Counted from the first letter of the stretch, positions 39,880 through 54,900 are shown. The stretch is DNA of 64,000 nt from Cycas panzhihuaensis (GCA_023213395.1 CM041465.1:38323741-38387740), one strand, 5' to 3'. Notes: generated by a model from the sequence alone, not told the origin. Numbers and translations are program-made.

Positions 39880-40995
39880 TGCAACCTTCTTTTCATCGGC
39901 ATACTAAAATCATCATAACACACTTCTATAGCGCAATCAATGCAGAGCCTTTGGACAATTGGCTTTGTAATTTGGAAGCTTACTTTAAGTGTCACCAATT
40001 GCAAGAGAATAAGATTTTGGTGGTTGGGTTTCACATAGGTAATCGGGGTCTTATGTGATGGTAGACTTGAAATCCCATTGCAACGCGACAACCACTAGTC
40101 CCACAATGGGTTCTTTTCAAATGAGCAATCCAAGACAAGTTCCATCCACTTGAGTGCAAGGAACACTTGACAAAGACATGATTGCACCTTTGGCAGTGAG
40201 CCAGCCAAATAGTGCAGCAACTTATAGACATCTCTCATAAGATGTCCTATCATGTTAGAAGTGGGCGATCTTGAACACGTGTGTTTGCTAAATCTCTGGG
40301 TGGTTTATTTCCTCACTTACAACAAAAATTGAATTTGCTTATGATTATCACTCTAAACTAGGCATTTCAATATTCCCTAAAGGTGGAAAACTGCATGTAA
40401 AAGTAGTTCAGCCCAAAATTGAGAAACAACAACATGCTTATGCTTATTAAAAGAAGAAGAGAGCTTTTGCAAGATATAACACTCTTAGGCAACATCCTTT
40501 TTCTTCCTCAAAATGTCAAAACCTAATCCATCAGCAAAGCAGTAAGGTCCACATAAGTATTCCAATTATCATAAGTCACATGGCCATTTGAATGAAGAAT
40601 GCCTTAAACAAAAGGGCCAGGTGAAGCCCCAGACTTAGGTAGCAGGTGAGGCAGGTAAGGCACTGGAGGATCAATCTATTGCTTTGGTGAATAACCAAAT
40701 AACCCCAAATTAACAGTTGATTTTGATGGCATACCATTATTCAGTTGTAGATTGTGACACACTCTTCACACAAAATTGTTTTGCAAAACATTTAATGTTA
40801 TTTTGCATTATTGAAAATGGTAGTATGAAGAACCTAGTCTTTGATAAACTGGTTTCTGCACTTAGCCTTTTGACTAAACTGCATCCAACTTCCTACAATT
40901 TTAGATGGATAAAGAAGGATGGTACTCAAACTAGAGTTGGTAGAGTATGCTATGTTACATCTGTAATGGACTTATCCATTGATATTGTAATCTGA
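39880..40995 (+). mobile_element. CRM-like chromoviral Gypsy gag/protease remnant
   Basis: INAEPLDNWLCNLEAYF and IIENGSMKNLV..LVSALSL..HPTSYNFRWIKKDG. Truncated after the protease. Confidence 0.7.
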
Positions 40996-41151
40996 AACAG
41001 ATTCACAGTTCATATATTAAAGGAACTCAACTCCTAAATACTTTTTTTATTTACAAACATATATACTAGTGTGGGTTGGCCAAGCGGTACCAATCTTTTT
41101 TCCCTAAATTCTCTCCCCTGTTTACAATTATACCGGACACTTATACATAGT

Positions 41152-41242
41152 CTATAGCTTCCATGGTAACGTCTTCTTGTGTCTCGCCTTTCCTGCTTCT
41201 ATAACTTCCATGGTAACATCTTCTTGTGTCTCACCTTTCCTG
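41152..41242. repeat. 47-bp tandem duplication
   Basis: CTATARCTTCCATGGTAACRTCTTCTTGTGTCTCRCCTTTCCTG occurs twice. Confidence 0.9.
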
Positions 41243-41940
41243 TTGACATTGTATAGTTGTTCCTTCAAAACACTCCCACCCGTCCACCCCCCAACTCTAT
41301 TGCTTAACCATCATATGTGACTTTAGTCACCTTGATTCACGTCAATGTAATCCAAGCTCTTATCAGGTTAGATTCTCCCAGATAATGTCTTCCTCTTAAG
41401 AATGATGTTCCCCATCATGCATCAGCTAATATATTTCTAGAATGTCTTTGGCTATTTGCTCTTTAGCGTCCCACTTACCAAATCAAGGTAGCTACCCTCC
41501 TATTCCAATTTTGTAGAATTCTATTTGCCTTAGCCGAGATGGGTCTTCAAGTGGACAGACCATAAAACAGTTATGATACCATAATTATAACAAGTTATGC
41601 AAACAGTAGATGGCAAAATATAGCCTTATTGCATATATGGAAGAAACAACTCTTAGTTACATTTCCAGCTCCTGATTGGAGTAAACATTGGGAATTGACA
41701 GGAGCAATTGGTTCATTGGACAGAGGTTAGCTACTCGATAGCATGCCTGAGGAGCATGTCAAGGTCCCAAACACATACCTCCAATGCCAGGTAGAGTGCT
41801 TAGTAGTCATGCCCTCATGATACAAACAAATATCTTAAGAGGACAGAATGGATTACATGACATGGAGAGAAAGATTATGAAATATGTATCTTTTATTAAT
41901 ATAAAGGAGACCCCATCCAAAGAGACTCTTGAAGGAGTCT

Positions 41941-42255
41941 AGGGAGAGGTGTTATACGTTACAAACTATTAAAAATCCATTATACAAGACTTGATGAGAA
42001 ATAAAATTCCTCATCCATATATTGTAATATATAATATACAATGTATTTTATCATATTTTATGTTGGGTTCACTTAGATTAGTCATAGTTTAGTTAGTTGA
42101 GTCAAGAAACAAGTAGTTGAATTTGCCAAGTAACACATTGGTTAGTTGGTTAGGTAGTTTTAGGTTGTTCAATTGCCCTCTTCTTAAATAGAGAGTTGAA
42201 TTTCCATTGTATAGGTGTGCATGATTGTCTAATTGATCCAATACGCTTGGAGATA
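41941..42255 (+). mobile_element. PPT plus truncated LTR fragment
   Basis: AGGGAGAGG then TGTTA at 41950, with a TATA-like CTTAAATAG. Confidence 0.45.
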
Positions 42256-42515
42256 TGTTACATGCCTAATTACATGAAGTCGATTTTAAGAAAAATAAGG
42301 AGGGGTTATTACATATTTAATTATGTGAAGTCAAATTTTTTAGGAGAGAGAATAAGAAGTTGGCTCTAGAAAGAGATTGAAATAAGGCCAGGCTAGGGCT
42401 ATAAATAGGGAAGCATTATTAATTTGTAATCATCCTAGAGAATTTATAGTTTATTTGAAAAAATGGCCTAGGGCCATTAAGGCACTGTTGTGACATTTGG
42501 GAAGAAACCCTCGTC
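42256..42515 (+). mobile_element. Truncated LTR of the gag-like family
   Basis: TGTTACATGCCTAATTA..GAAGTC, CTAGGGCTATAAATAG and ATGGCCTAGGGCCATT match the 10839-11247 LTR. Confidence 0.8.
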
Positions 42516-42884
42516 TTTGTGTGCTCTGTACTCTAATCCTATGGATTACTAGCCCAATGCAGATATGCAAATATAGACAACTAGAGATTACACATCAATT
42601 GGGAATGCAAACCAATATCTTTATTCCAAAGGGGGGCACTGCATCTAGTTCTCTCACAGCTAGATGCAACCCAAAAATAGTACAATAGAGAGGGTTGCTA
42701 CCAAAAAGTCTGCAATGAGCCATTACAACAAAAAGAGAGAGAAATCCTACGACTAGAATGTCTTTTCATCTTATAATCCTTTACACAAAATGGATACATT
42801 ATATTATAACCAAATGTCAACTAACTATTTGTTGACATGGTTAATTACATTCTTAGGTACAACCTACTAAACAGTCGAATCTTG

Positions 42885-43078
42885 GATCGTACTTGGACTA
42901 CAATCAGGCCTCTAGTCACACTTTTAGTCGTACCTGAACTATAATCGGATCTCTGGTCGTTCTTCTCTTACTTATACCTGGGCTGCAATCAAAATTTTGC
43001 TCGCACTTCTAGTCATACCTGAACTACAATCAAAACTTTAATCATACCTGAACTACAATCAAAACTTTAATCATACCT
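42885..43078. repeat. Degenerate tandem repeats in a Gypsy 3' UTR
   Basis: TCRTACCTGAACTACAATC motif recurs, including a perfect 29-bp duplication at ~43013-43070. Confidence 0.8.
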
Positions 43079-43399
43079 TTGATTGTTTCCTTGAATTGAA
43101 TTATACCACGATTTTGTCTCAAATTGTACCATTCACACACATCTCTCCTACCACAAAACCATTGAGTGCCCTCACTCAACCCAAAATTTCAAAGTTTTCC
43201 CCTATTTCCTTCTCCCCCAAAATTTTGAAATCAAGACCTCTTAGAACTCTATCCCTATTATCCTCCCAAAACCTCTCGTGCTTCCTTTTTTGCATCTTTT
43301 GATTTAGTAATATCCTTTTTCAAGTATACAGAGTCTGGACATGTTATCAACAATGGTGGCACCCAACCTTCCAATTGAATGAAGTCATATAGAACCAAA

Positions 43400-45055
43400 A
43401 AGTCTCATTGTGCATCTGATTGCTTCATGTTGAGTAATTCTCCTGTTTGCAACTGCGTGGTTTTTGCATAGAGCTCTTTATTAATTGTCTGTGCGGTCTT
43501 CAATTTTGTCCTTAATGTGCATATTTGACTCTAGAGTTGAACGTATTGATTTGACTCTCTGTTTGTTTGAAGATCCATGCTCCTAATTTAAAGATGACTT
43601 CTTTTAAATCATTTGAAATCTACAAGCCAGATAGCTCCTTCAACCTTTCCATTTGAGGACAGATTTTAGAAACATCATCCACCCAATCGAGAATAAATTT
43701 TATTAAAAATTTCAATTTCTCTTCTACTAGAATGGCTTTATTCCGGGCTATTCGAAGTTCGTCCTCCAACTAAGCTATACGCTCTAGATCTGGAGGCGGC
43801 TTTTGCGACTGACTTTCCAACTCAACTACAAACTATCACGTAACTTGACCCAGGAAAGATGTTTTCCATAGAGGAACATCTTGGGGGTCACACATCATGG
43901 GATCAAGTCCCTCCTCTAGAATCAGTTCGTCATGAGAGAATTCAACTCTAGTCGGCTGTTGATTTAGTTGTTCAATCATTTGTTGTTTCCTTTTCTCTGC
44001 TGCTAGCTTTTTGCGATGTTGTTTACTTTGCTCTGTTTCCTTCTATCAAACCACTGTGGATTCCTAGACTGGTTCTACTTCCTCCTTGGCCTATTCTTCC
44101 ATGCAAGATTGTAATTCTACCTCATCTTCTTCCACTTTTCGATCCCCCTTTCTGATTTCCTTCTTTTTTACTTCTTCTTTCTTTTGTCTTCTCATTTTTA
44201 CCTACAAGGCCACCTCTTCTCACATTTCTTCTCTTCATTTAAACTAACTACACTTTGCTTGGAGAGGTTGCTTTAATTACCTTTCTCCATTGTTGTTGAA
44301 GTCAATCTCTCGTCTATTCTTTCGCTTGAACCAATAACTAGGGTTCTTGTGTATTTTCTCTATTAAACATTTCAATCCATTTTACTAACTGCAACTGCCC
44401 TTCCCCAAAGATGGGTAACTGAACACCAGGACATTGAGAAAATAGGAGTCTGTGGAGCAACATAGGTTAAAAGAACATCATTAATTGCTCTACATTTTTA
44501 ACTCTCCAAAATTTTTTGAAATCTTTTGGACATACATTTGGCCTTATTCTTTCTCCCTAGACAATTATTCCATAGCATAGAGCAGAGATTTGTGCGTACA
44601 CGTGAATTCTTTTGCCCAAGAATTACTCTGGTGAACAAAAAGTGAGATATCCAACACATATCCACCAAGCAAATTCTTGTGATGTTAATGCTTGAACTTG
44701 AAATATTAGTCTCATTTCCCCCTATTTGTTTTGTTGCTTGTTTCTATGAAACTTGTTTATCTCACGAGATATTGACACCTTCGTTTGGTAGTCCTATTAA
44801 TAGAGCAATTGCAATTGCTTCCACTGAGAAATCTAAAATAGAGGGTTGAAATGCAACCGTTACTATCACTAGAATTAGGAATTTTATTGAAATAGGAAGG
44901 GCAACTATAGTAACAAAATTTGAAAGTCCTATTGTTGTTAAGATCTACTTCTAGGAGTCATTCGGTTGCATCACCATCCATTCTACCCAAATATTGCTAT
45001 TGCCTAACTCGCGAAAGTTGATGTTCACTTGAGGGAGGCCTTCAAAGTCTGCCAT
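43400..45055 (-). pseudogene. Additional ORF downstream of integrase in element A (env-like position, unknown function)
   Basis: Starts MADFEGLPQV and shares motifs with 56233-58015. Contains stops and frameshifts. Confidence 0.7.
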
Positions 45056-45951
45056 TCTTGTTAGTTGCCTACTCAAATCAAAGTGTCAATCTTTGATAAG
45101 AATGAAAGGGGTTATACATTAGAATTATTCTATAAAAATAGGTGCATCATGACTCTGTGTGTGAAAAGGTGGTGAAAGACATGTCATTAATTTGGTGCAC
45201 ACTATTTAATAGTTAGTTGTTTAACTGCCTACCGCCAACCTGTCACATCCACCCAACTGCATTCCTTAATCATGATTAGGATCCTTTTTACAATCATTTC
45301 ATTGGTTGCAATCACATCAATTGTATCCTTGCTCCACTTAGATCCTAACCATGATTGAAGATAACTATTTTCTTGGTTTTCACTCTTGTTTTCTTTTTAA
45401 CGTTTGTATGGCTTAAGTTGACTTTCGTTGACCAATTTGGTCAATAAATTACCATCTAGTTGTCTAAGTTGGATAGCCCTGTTTTGTCAAATCTGCTCAA
45501 CCTTATGTTGCCCTAGCCACATAAGCTTCATCTTTTCAGGTTTCATACAGAATTTACTGTCATATAGAAGCACTAAGTCTCCTTCTTAGAATTGGGGGTT
45601 TTTCAGGTGCCTATCATGCCAGCTTTTCTTTCTTGTCTTTTTGCCTTTATTTCCCAAAGTGCTCGAACTCATCATTCATCCAATTCCATCAACTCCTTAA
45701 GTCTTTGGTCCCTAGACTCCTATTCATTCAACCTCAATTGAGTAACTATTCTCAAGCTTTCTGCCTAAAACTCCAATGGAACCACCGCTTCAAAGCCACA
45801 GACCAACAGAAATTGTGTTTGCTCGTGTGGCCTTTTTATGTGTCGTCCTCTTTGCCCATAAAATCGAAAGAAATTTCTCTACCCAATCAGTTCTACCTGC
45901 TTTACAAATCTTCATTAGAGTAATTTTCAAAATTTTGTTTGTGATTATTAT

Positions 45952-48900
45952 TGTTAGTGATAATTAACTTAGGTTAATTATATACACTTAATGCTTCATT
46001 AGGGGATAGTTGTCACGAGAAGGTGTGACGGAGGGATGTGTATTTATATGAACAGGTACGATGAAGAATCATGTCCATACGCAAAAGGGTATGACACCAT
46101 TTCGGGGTGTATTTATACGTACCCCCTTGGTATTCCAATCAATCAACTCGAATCAATGTGATCTCATCATATATCTACTCGTATGTCATCTCACCATTGA
46201 ACAATGTGTTGTTTCAATATTTTAATATAATAAACATTTTGTTGGTGGTTTTCTCTCTCGGGAGTTTCCTGTGATAAATCTGGTGTTCGAGTCTCCTTGT
46301 GCATGTTCTTTCCATGCAACAGTCCCTACCTTTGGTTGGCTTAATATCTAACCTGTAGCTTGCATATACACAAACCTTAACATGGTATCAGAGCCTAAGG
46401 AAGCAAGGAACAACTTTAGAACTTAGATCTGAGATTGGAAACGAGTGAGTTGGTCACTAACCGGTCAAATTCGAAGATTGGAAGTCCATAGATTAGGTTG
46501 ACACTGAGAAAAGAGGCCATCTGGAGTTGCCAAAACATATTGGGCACATTATTTGCTTGTGGCACCAACAATGGAAGCTATACAACGACGTTCGGCATCA
46601 ATTGAAGTTATACAACGATGTCGGGTTCAAATTGGGCATCATAAAGTAGTGTTGGGCAAGTTGTGAGGAAGGTGGGCACCGTTTGATTGCATTGGGCGCT
46701 TCAAATTAAAGCTATACAACAGAGGATAGGCAATTTTTGATAACATATATTAGTTGATGCATGAACTGGGTGAGTTTGAAGAAGAACTTGCTTGTCTGAC
46801 TTTATTCTAAACAATCAGGGAAGATTTGGAAGTTGTATGCAACCTTGCGACTTCACAACAACTGTCGTGTCCCTTCCAAAGTATTGCAACTATAAAAAAT
46901 TGAGATATATTAATATATCAATAAATCACTAAAGTCATATAGTGCTAAACATCAAAGATTGACCATTATTAATATCAAACCATGCGAAGTAAATTGCGCA
47001 GAGCTGCAACCTTTTGAATTTGATCACACAATTGTCGTCATTTTGATTAATCTGTGGAGAACGCAAGATAAAATCTTGAAAAAACAATATTATCAAACTA
47101 CGTGAAGACTGTGTCACTGTGTTGTTGTTCAAAGAGGATTGCGTCTCAACAGAAATAGAGATGCAAAGATAAAAATGACATTTGAATGATATTTAATATA
47201 TTTTGATGTTTTAATATATTTTGAAAAGGATGCGGGTCGATAATTTAATCATGCAACCGCTACCTTTGGAGATTAATCACGTAGATAAATATTGACGCAT
47301 TAATTTATTTTATTGATGCATATATATCATATTTGATATATAATTTTATCCTTCAATTGTTTTTTAAATGCATGCAGTTTAATAGTGATCGTACAACATT
47401 TTAGTGTAATGGTAATTAAAGAGAATATTCTTTTGAATATTCTAACTTTAATATTTGGCTTAAAAACTTTGGTTAAAGTGTTTCAAAGCGTTTAAAAGTG
47501 TTTTATTATGTTTGTTCAAAGTTACTCCACCCGGAATTGGCCCAGTAATATGCAACATCCTGCATAGATCATATTACTTTCGTCAAGAAGTTGGCAGTAT
47601 TAAAAGAATCATTTTTATACTTCAATATCTTCGATTGACATTGAAAAAGACTATTATTTGCAGAGAATGAGTCATACATATATCTAATTCTCAATGAAGT
47701 GATATACGGAAAAGTGATTTAGGCTTCATAAAGGGATAAACATTATAAACTGAGACTTAAAATTGTGTTTGGCAATCAAGTGGAAGCAAATTCGGAGTAT
47801 CTGTAGACATGGATGCTAGAACAACCTTATTGCCACAAGTGGTTTTTGATGGCACCGATTTTGAGGAGTGGATGTCCAACATAGAGCTCGTATTAATGGT
47901 CTAGGAGCTTTGGGACCTAACTTGTGAGGCTCCACCCAAGGAAAAGGAAGGGGAACCTGATGTTGAAGCAAATAAATTCATATGAAGAAAGCAACTTCAA
48001 GCCACTGGTCTACTAAAGTTCTCACTTTCCCCAGATCAGAGGGCATTAATCCACAAGTTGAATATGCCACACGACATTTGGAAGACCCTATGTGATACGC
48101 TTGAAAAGGAGACAAACCGTTTGGTCATCTTACTAGGTGAATTGTTCAACTCTGGCATTAAGGATGAGAGAAATATCAACACCTATTTGAATAAGTTGAT
48201 TGATATCAAGAATAATCTAGAGGGAATAAAAGAAGACCTGATTAGTGATAAAATCCTGTTTACAATCATCATGAACAAGTTGCTAGCAGCCTACAACACC
48301 TTTCAGATCGTGTATAATGTTGATGAGATGTTGCAATTTACCACATTTCAGAAGCTAAAAGAGCTCCTACTTTCAGAGGAAGCTAAGATTAAACATCATG
48401 GGTTTGTGAGTTCTATTGATACTAGTCATGCCCTATCCTCAAGATTTTAGAAAAATAAGGATGGAGATAGGGATAAACATTCACATGAAGAGGGTACCAA
48501 TAGGGGGAAGAAGAAGAAATATAATGGTTCATGTACCTATTGTAAAAAGATGGGCCACAAGGAAAAGGATTGCTAGGTAAGGAAAAAGAATTTAAGGAAA
48601 GCCAATGGGAAGGAAAAGATTGCAGCTTAATGTGTGCAAGTATCAACTTGAAAGTCACCAAATCAAAAGGACTATTCGATGACTAACTTAGGCAGACAAA
48701 AGCATATATCTCCTAGTAAGCAGAGTATTGATGTGTTAAACCAAAATCATGGCCAAACGAACATCATACTCGATAATGCTAGTGTGGTACCAGTCAAAAA
48801 TGCTAAAACAGTCACAGTGAAAGGTGGTTGTCTCGAGGTGGTGTGGTATACACCTAGAATGAATAGCAATCTTCTTTGTAGTCAGGATACCTGGGTATAC

Positions 48901-50707
48901 TCTCCCAAAGATAAGTCAGAAGTGAAAGATAAGTTAGAAGTGAAACAATTTAAAGTGACAGCTGAAAAGATATGTGAAAATCAAATAGAATTGTTAAGGA
49001 GTAATACTAGAAAAGCCTACAACAATCACATTTCTAAGTTTTGTTCTAATCATGGTATTGAGTTAATCCCACATGATGGAGTTGCCACATGGAAAGTTAA
49101 TAGCTTGATCGACATGGCATTATGTAGGGTGCAAACACAACATATGCCATCCAATTTCGGGACAGAAGTTGTAAGAACTACTATTCACATTGTGAACCGG
49201 ATTCCAACCTCTACAGTTCAAAGTGTGATGCCACATGAAAGATGGACCAGTCAAAAGTCTTCCATTGAAAAAATAAAAATTTTCAGGGGCATTATAAATG
49301 CACTAATCTCTAATAGATAGTTGAAGAAATCCAACCATAGTCACAAAAGTGCTTTTGTGGGATATTATGGAAACAATCATACATATAGACTGTGGGATCC
49401 GATGATGCAGAAGTTTCTTCATTGTTAGGATTTAAAGATTAACGAAGCATCGACATACCAGTTTAATAAGCCTTTGCTATCATTTATTTGTTACCCCCAC
49501 TTCATGACATCTCCTAATCCTGCAAAGATTGAGCTCCAAGAGGAAGATGAAGTAAAAGGTAACAAAAAACACCAGTTACTCACTGAGGAGATGACAACCT
49601 CCTTTAAGTCATTGTTGGCTGTAACTGAAAATGTAATAGAAAGGCTAATTGAAACTCAAACTACTAGTCGAATTCAAATGATGAAAGTCATCCACTCCTG
49701 TGTTCCTAATTCATTATGGCAAATGAATCCTTCTTAGAGGGTAGCTATAGAGGAGGAAAAAGATTCTTTACATGGAAATATCCCTTCTATTTGAATTGAC
49801 CCTAAGACAACGATTTCACCCGTTGATTAGAAGCTAGTAAATAGGTCAAATATAGCAGCTACACTTGGTGGAGAGTTACATCAAAATAATATTCAGTCTG
49901 CATTTCTTAACCTAGACTTGAGGAGATTATATCGGGCGTAAAGCTCTGAGATCATTAAAAAAGGACAAGATAAACTATTATGCCAATTGAATTGCGCTAA
50001 AGGTACATACCTTGTGTTCAATTTAGAATCGTCTTCAATTGATGAAACATTACGACCTATGAAAGAAACTCTTAGTTTGGGGGAAGAGTACCTACAAGAT
50101 TAAGTATTGACATTGGAAGTGAGATACTAGTCAAATGTTCAAGAGGTGTTTGATGAAAGCAAGCTTCAAGTAGAATTTTCTTCGACCACTAACTAGGTTG
50201 CGAAACAATTCACGGAGCTGTTGTATGGACGTCACTAGTCAACACTTAACAAGATCATGCTTGAGGGGGGGATCAGTCTACAAGGACAGATCTCCTGACT
50301 AATGGAACAATTATTTTTGCTTCATCCCCTATTCGCATTAAGGGGGGATGTTAGCGATAGTTAACTTAGTTTAACTATACACTTAATGCTTCATTAAGGG
50401 ATACTTATCACGAGTAGGTGTAATGGAGGGATGTGTCTTTATATGAAAAGGTACAATAAAGAATTGTGTCTATACGCAAAAGGTTATTACACCATTTTGG
50501 GGTGTATTTATACATATCCCCATGGTACTCCAATCAATCAACTTGGATCAATGTGATCTCATCATATCTACTCATATTCCATCTCACCATTGAACATTGT
50601 GTTGTTGTTTTAATATTTTAATATAATAAACATTATGTTAGTGGGTTTTCTCACTCGAGAGTTTCCCATCATAAATCTGGTGTTCGAGTCTCCTTGTGCA
50701 TGTTTCT
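45952..50707 (+). mobile_element. Ty1/Copia element with a heavily eroded pol
   Basis: LTRs at 45952-46382 and 50349-~50707 (3'-truncated), PBS TGGTATCAGAGC (46383-46394), PPT AAGGGGGGA. gag VFDGTDFEEW..ELWD, CTYCKKMGHKEKDC, integrase remnant HIVNRIPT. Confidence 0.9.
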
Positions 50708-51396
50708 ATGTTGTATCAAAAATCCTAATGTTAGATGTTTGATTGTTTTGTTTGAAAAGCTACTATCTTGGCTCGACACGATTTCAAGTGGACATCCAAA
50801 TCAGATAATCATCATCTCATAGATAAATCAAACTGTGCTTTGGGCATCATAGGTTTTCATAAGCTTTGCTTCAATCCACTTCATCATAAAATCTGTAGTG
50901 ACAAGAACGTACCTTGCATTTGTGTGCTTCGTTGGAGGACTTATTGGACCCACAAAGTCTATTGTCCACTTTTCCAATGGGGCTTGAGCTAGAATTGGTT
51001 GCAGAGGCATGACATGTTGCTTACTTGGTTTTCCCATTCGTTGGCATACATTGCAAGTTTTCATTCATTTGTCCACATCTTCAAATAGAGTGGGCCATCG
51101 TATTCTTGCCAACAAAATTTTCCTTGCATTAGTTTTAGCCCCCCCTCATGAGATTCTCTCATTATTGCTTCTACCTTGTGCTCCAAGACACAACGCCGTA
51201 GAACCCTATCAGGTCCCAATTTATACACCATTCCTTATATCAACTGAAAAGGAAAAAATTTTCTTATAAAATTTTGTTGTTCTACTTAGTCTAACCCTAT
51301 TGGAGTTTGGCCTATCAATAGGTACTATGCAATCCCCTCATACCCTGTTGGTATTGCTTCGATGGTGAACAACTTAGTATTTGGGACGTCATCATA

Positions 51397-51906
51397 TGTA
51401 GCATTCCTAAAAAGAAAGAAGAAGTCAGTTTTATTTATTATAATGAAGTCAGTTTTTTGAAGAATTAAAAGAAGAATTACTTATTTTATTTTATTATGAA
51501 GTCGATTTTTGGAGGGAAAAATAAAAGTTTGGACTTTGAAGGCTATAAATAGAGTAGCCTCCCTCATTTGTAAATCATCTTGGAGAATTCTGTTTATTGG
51601 AAGAATGGCTTTAGGCCTGGAGCCTATTGGAGGATTTACACCTGCCTCGAAGAGGGTTGCGGTTGGACATTTTTGTATTAGGTGACATTGTTCTAATTAT
51701 TCATTCTATTATTCGAATCTTGCTATCAAAGTATGCATGTATGTCTATTGAACCATGTGTTTATGAGAATTATTGTTGTAATTATATTCCATCTGCTGGT
51801 AAATACATGAGATCTGTTGTGAATATTATGATATGCTATGAATTATTGTTGTCATATATTGGAGACCGCTTTTGTCTGCTGTGTTCTTTCGATTGGGTCC
51901 ACTACA
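51397..51906 (+). mobile_element. Solo LTR of the gag-like family
   Basis: TGTAGCATTCCTAAAA...CACTACA, TSD TCATA/TCGTA, splits the host reading GIYD|DVPNTKLF. Confidence 0.9.
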
Positions 51907-54900
51907 TCGTATATGCCTACTACTACTTCTCCTTCTTTAATCCAAGACAATTGGTCTGGAACCACATGTTTCTCCCCCTTTTTCACTATTATTTTGAAGT
52001 TGAATTCTTGGAACAACATCAACCACATGTTGATCCTTCCTTGCAATATTGGTTTGTTGACTAAATATTAGAGAGCCTGGTGATCTACAAAGCATATAAA
52101 TGGGTTTGCTAACAAATAATGTCTTAACTTTTGTAAAGCATACACAATTCCCAAGCCTTCCCTTTTTGTAACTGAATAATTTTGCTTTGCCTTTGTCATC
52201 TTTCGAGTGGAAAAATGTATAGAAGGTCCACAATACCATCTCCTAGTTGTGCTAGGACACAACCAATTGCGAACAAGGATGTGTCAACATGTACATGAAA
52301 TGACTTTTCCTAGTTGGCAAATCGTAGTACAAGGGCCTGTGCTACTTTCTTCTTCAACAGGTCAAAGGCCAATTGCTGCTTCAACGTCTAATGCCATGTT
52401 GTTTTCGTTTTTAAGAAGGACTTTAAAGGATTTGCAATCTGGGCACATTCCTTAATAAATTTCTGATAACATCCTGTCATACCCAAGAATCCTTTGAGAT
52501 TCTTCGCATTCCTTGGCATTGGAAAATTTAAGATCATGGCAACTTTGGCTAGGTCTGTAAGTAAGCCCTCTTTTGTGACAATGTGTCCTAGTAGTGATCC
52601 AAAGGGAACCATGAAGGTGCATTTATAGGGATTCAAACATAAATTATTTTTCCTGTAAGCATCCAATATCAATCTAACATTGCTCCAAATATTTTTAAGG
52701 AGGGTATACTGAGTCCAATCATCTAGAAAAACTTTGATTGTTTTACCTATTACCCAACGAAAGATGTTTAGAATAACTCTCTGGAAAGTGGTTGATGCAT
52801 TGGTCAGACCAAAGGGCATGACTCAATAGGCATATATGCCCCATTTTGTCATGAAAGTGGTTTTCAATTGGTCCTTAGAAGCTATCCTCACCTGGTTATA
52901 GCAGTTGAAACAATCTGTGAAAGAAAACACTTTGTGGCTTGCCACATTTTCCAAAACATTCTCTATATAGGGGATGGGAAATGGATCTTTTTTGGTGGCC
53001 TTGTGTTGATGCCCTGTAGTCAACACACACTCGTAACTTTCCATTCTTTTTGGGGACTATCTTAATCAGGCTCACCAATTAACTATTTTCTACCTCAAAT
53101 ATATACCCTACTTCAAGTAGTTTCTCAAACTCAACTTTAATCTTTTCCTTGTATTTAGGGTTCAATCTATATGGGCATTGCCTAACTAGCTTTGCCCATT
53201 CAATTGGCTCAATTTTGTGCTCTCCAAACTTTAGTGGAATTCCCTTTAGATCCTTATAGGACCATGCGAATACATCTTTGTATTCAAGAAAAAGGGCTAT
53301 TGCTTGACTCATTGTCTCCTCATCCCAATAGTCTCCCACAGTGACATACTAGGATTTCTCCTTTGTCCCAATATTTATTTTTTCAACTTTCAATTCTTTA
53401 GCTTGGATAGCCTTGTCGTCTTCTTCCAGCATATATGTTGGTGTTTGATCTATTGTTCTACTGCCATATTTTATTGTAGAATATGTGGAGGGAAAGTTTT
53501 GAATTTTTTTTTGGCTATCTCTATCTGAAGCAAAACCCAGTTTAGGTTTGCGACCTACTCCTTTGACAGACTCTATTTGAAAGCATCCTACAATAAAATT
53601 TGTTATCTTTGCTTTAAGGCTAACAAAATTGCCTTCATTTTAAGATCTAGACTACAATATGAGAATGTATAACAAAAATTCTCTATTAATATCTCCTACC
53701 CTATTATCTGTGCTTTCTCATAGTATTGGTACCAATTTTGTCTGATGCCCTCCAGAGCAATGGCCCATTGATGGGTCCATTCTTGCTTGGAAACCTTGTT
53801 TTCCTCCCATTTTTGAACACATTTTGCAATATGTTCTTGGAGATTATCCCCATTGTGGAACTTTGGGAGTTTTAGATCCCCTTTTGGAACCTATATCAAA
53901 ATTTTTGTTCCATCTCAGTCCACTTTTTCAATTGTAAGCAACGTGTGTGATACCATGCAAAGGTTGTCCTGTCAAGGATAGAAGGAATAGATACGGCCAC
54001 AAATTTTCTTGCCACTTATTTTCTTTTAAGATTTCTGTACATAGTTCCAAGTGCTCTTCAATGGCATAAAATTGTCTCCAATATTGTGGAAAACCTTCAA
54101 GGACTTCACTAAATAAATTAGGATTACCTTGTATGCTTTGTAAATGTTGGACCTTGTCTTGACATACCTTCTTTGCTTCCTCTTGCTTCTTGAAGAGCCG
54201 GATCCGGTTGTGCCCCTTTTGCTCCACTACTTGGTCCATTTCTTCATCATCCTCGTAGAAGTCCAAGCACAACTCCAGATGGTAACAATTTGTTGGTTTT
54301 GTTTCTTCCCATGCATTTTGCAACCAATTTAGCATGTAGGATGAAGATGAATCACTGAGCATTGTGGATTGTACTTGATATGCTATCTCTGAACACGGAC
54401 TTACTGTTGGTTCAATTTCTATCGTGGTGGATGAGGCTTTTTCTATGTCTTCAATCCTTTCAATATTGGGACCATCCGAACATAAAGGCAAAGTGACTGT
54501 CTTTCCCCCTTCTAATAGTGTGAGTGTACGTCTTCCCCAATCTTGAATTGCTTCGATGGCCAACAACCATGTTCTCCCAAGCAAGGCCGAATAAGTCTTT
54601 TTATGGTTCTACATTCATACTACTACAAAGTCCATTAAGACAATTACTCTCGCCATTGTTATTGGTACATTCATTAAGGACCCCATTGGCCTCACTTGCA
54701 GTTGATTGGCTAGCCTGATGGAATAGTCTGGGGCAACCACTTTCGACCTTCACAACGCTATCCAAAAAGTCTCTGATAGTACATTCACTCCTAATCCTCC
54801 ATCCACAATTGTCTTGCATAGAGTTGTTCCCAGGATGACCATCTGGACTTGTGGGTCTACAACATCACTTTTTAATGCCCTCAAACCTAGTTTTTCAAAT

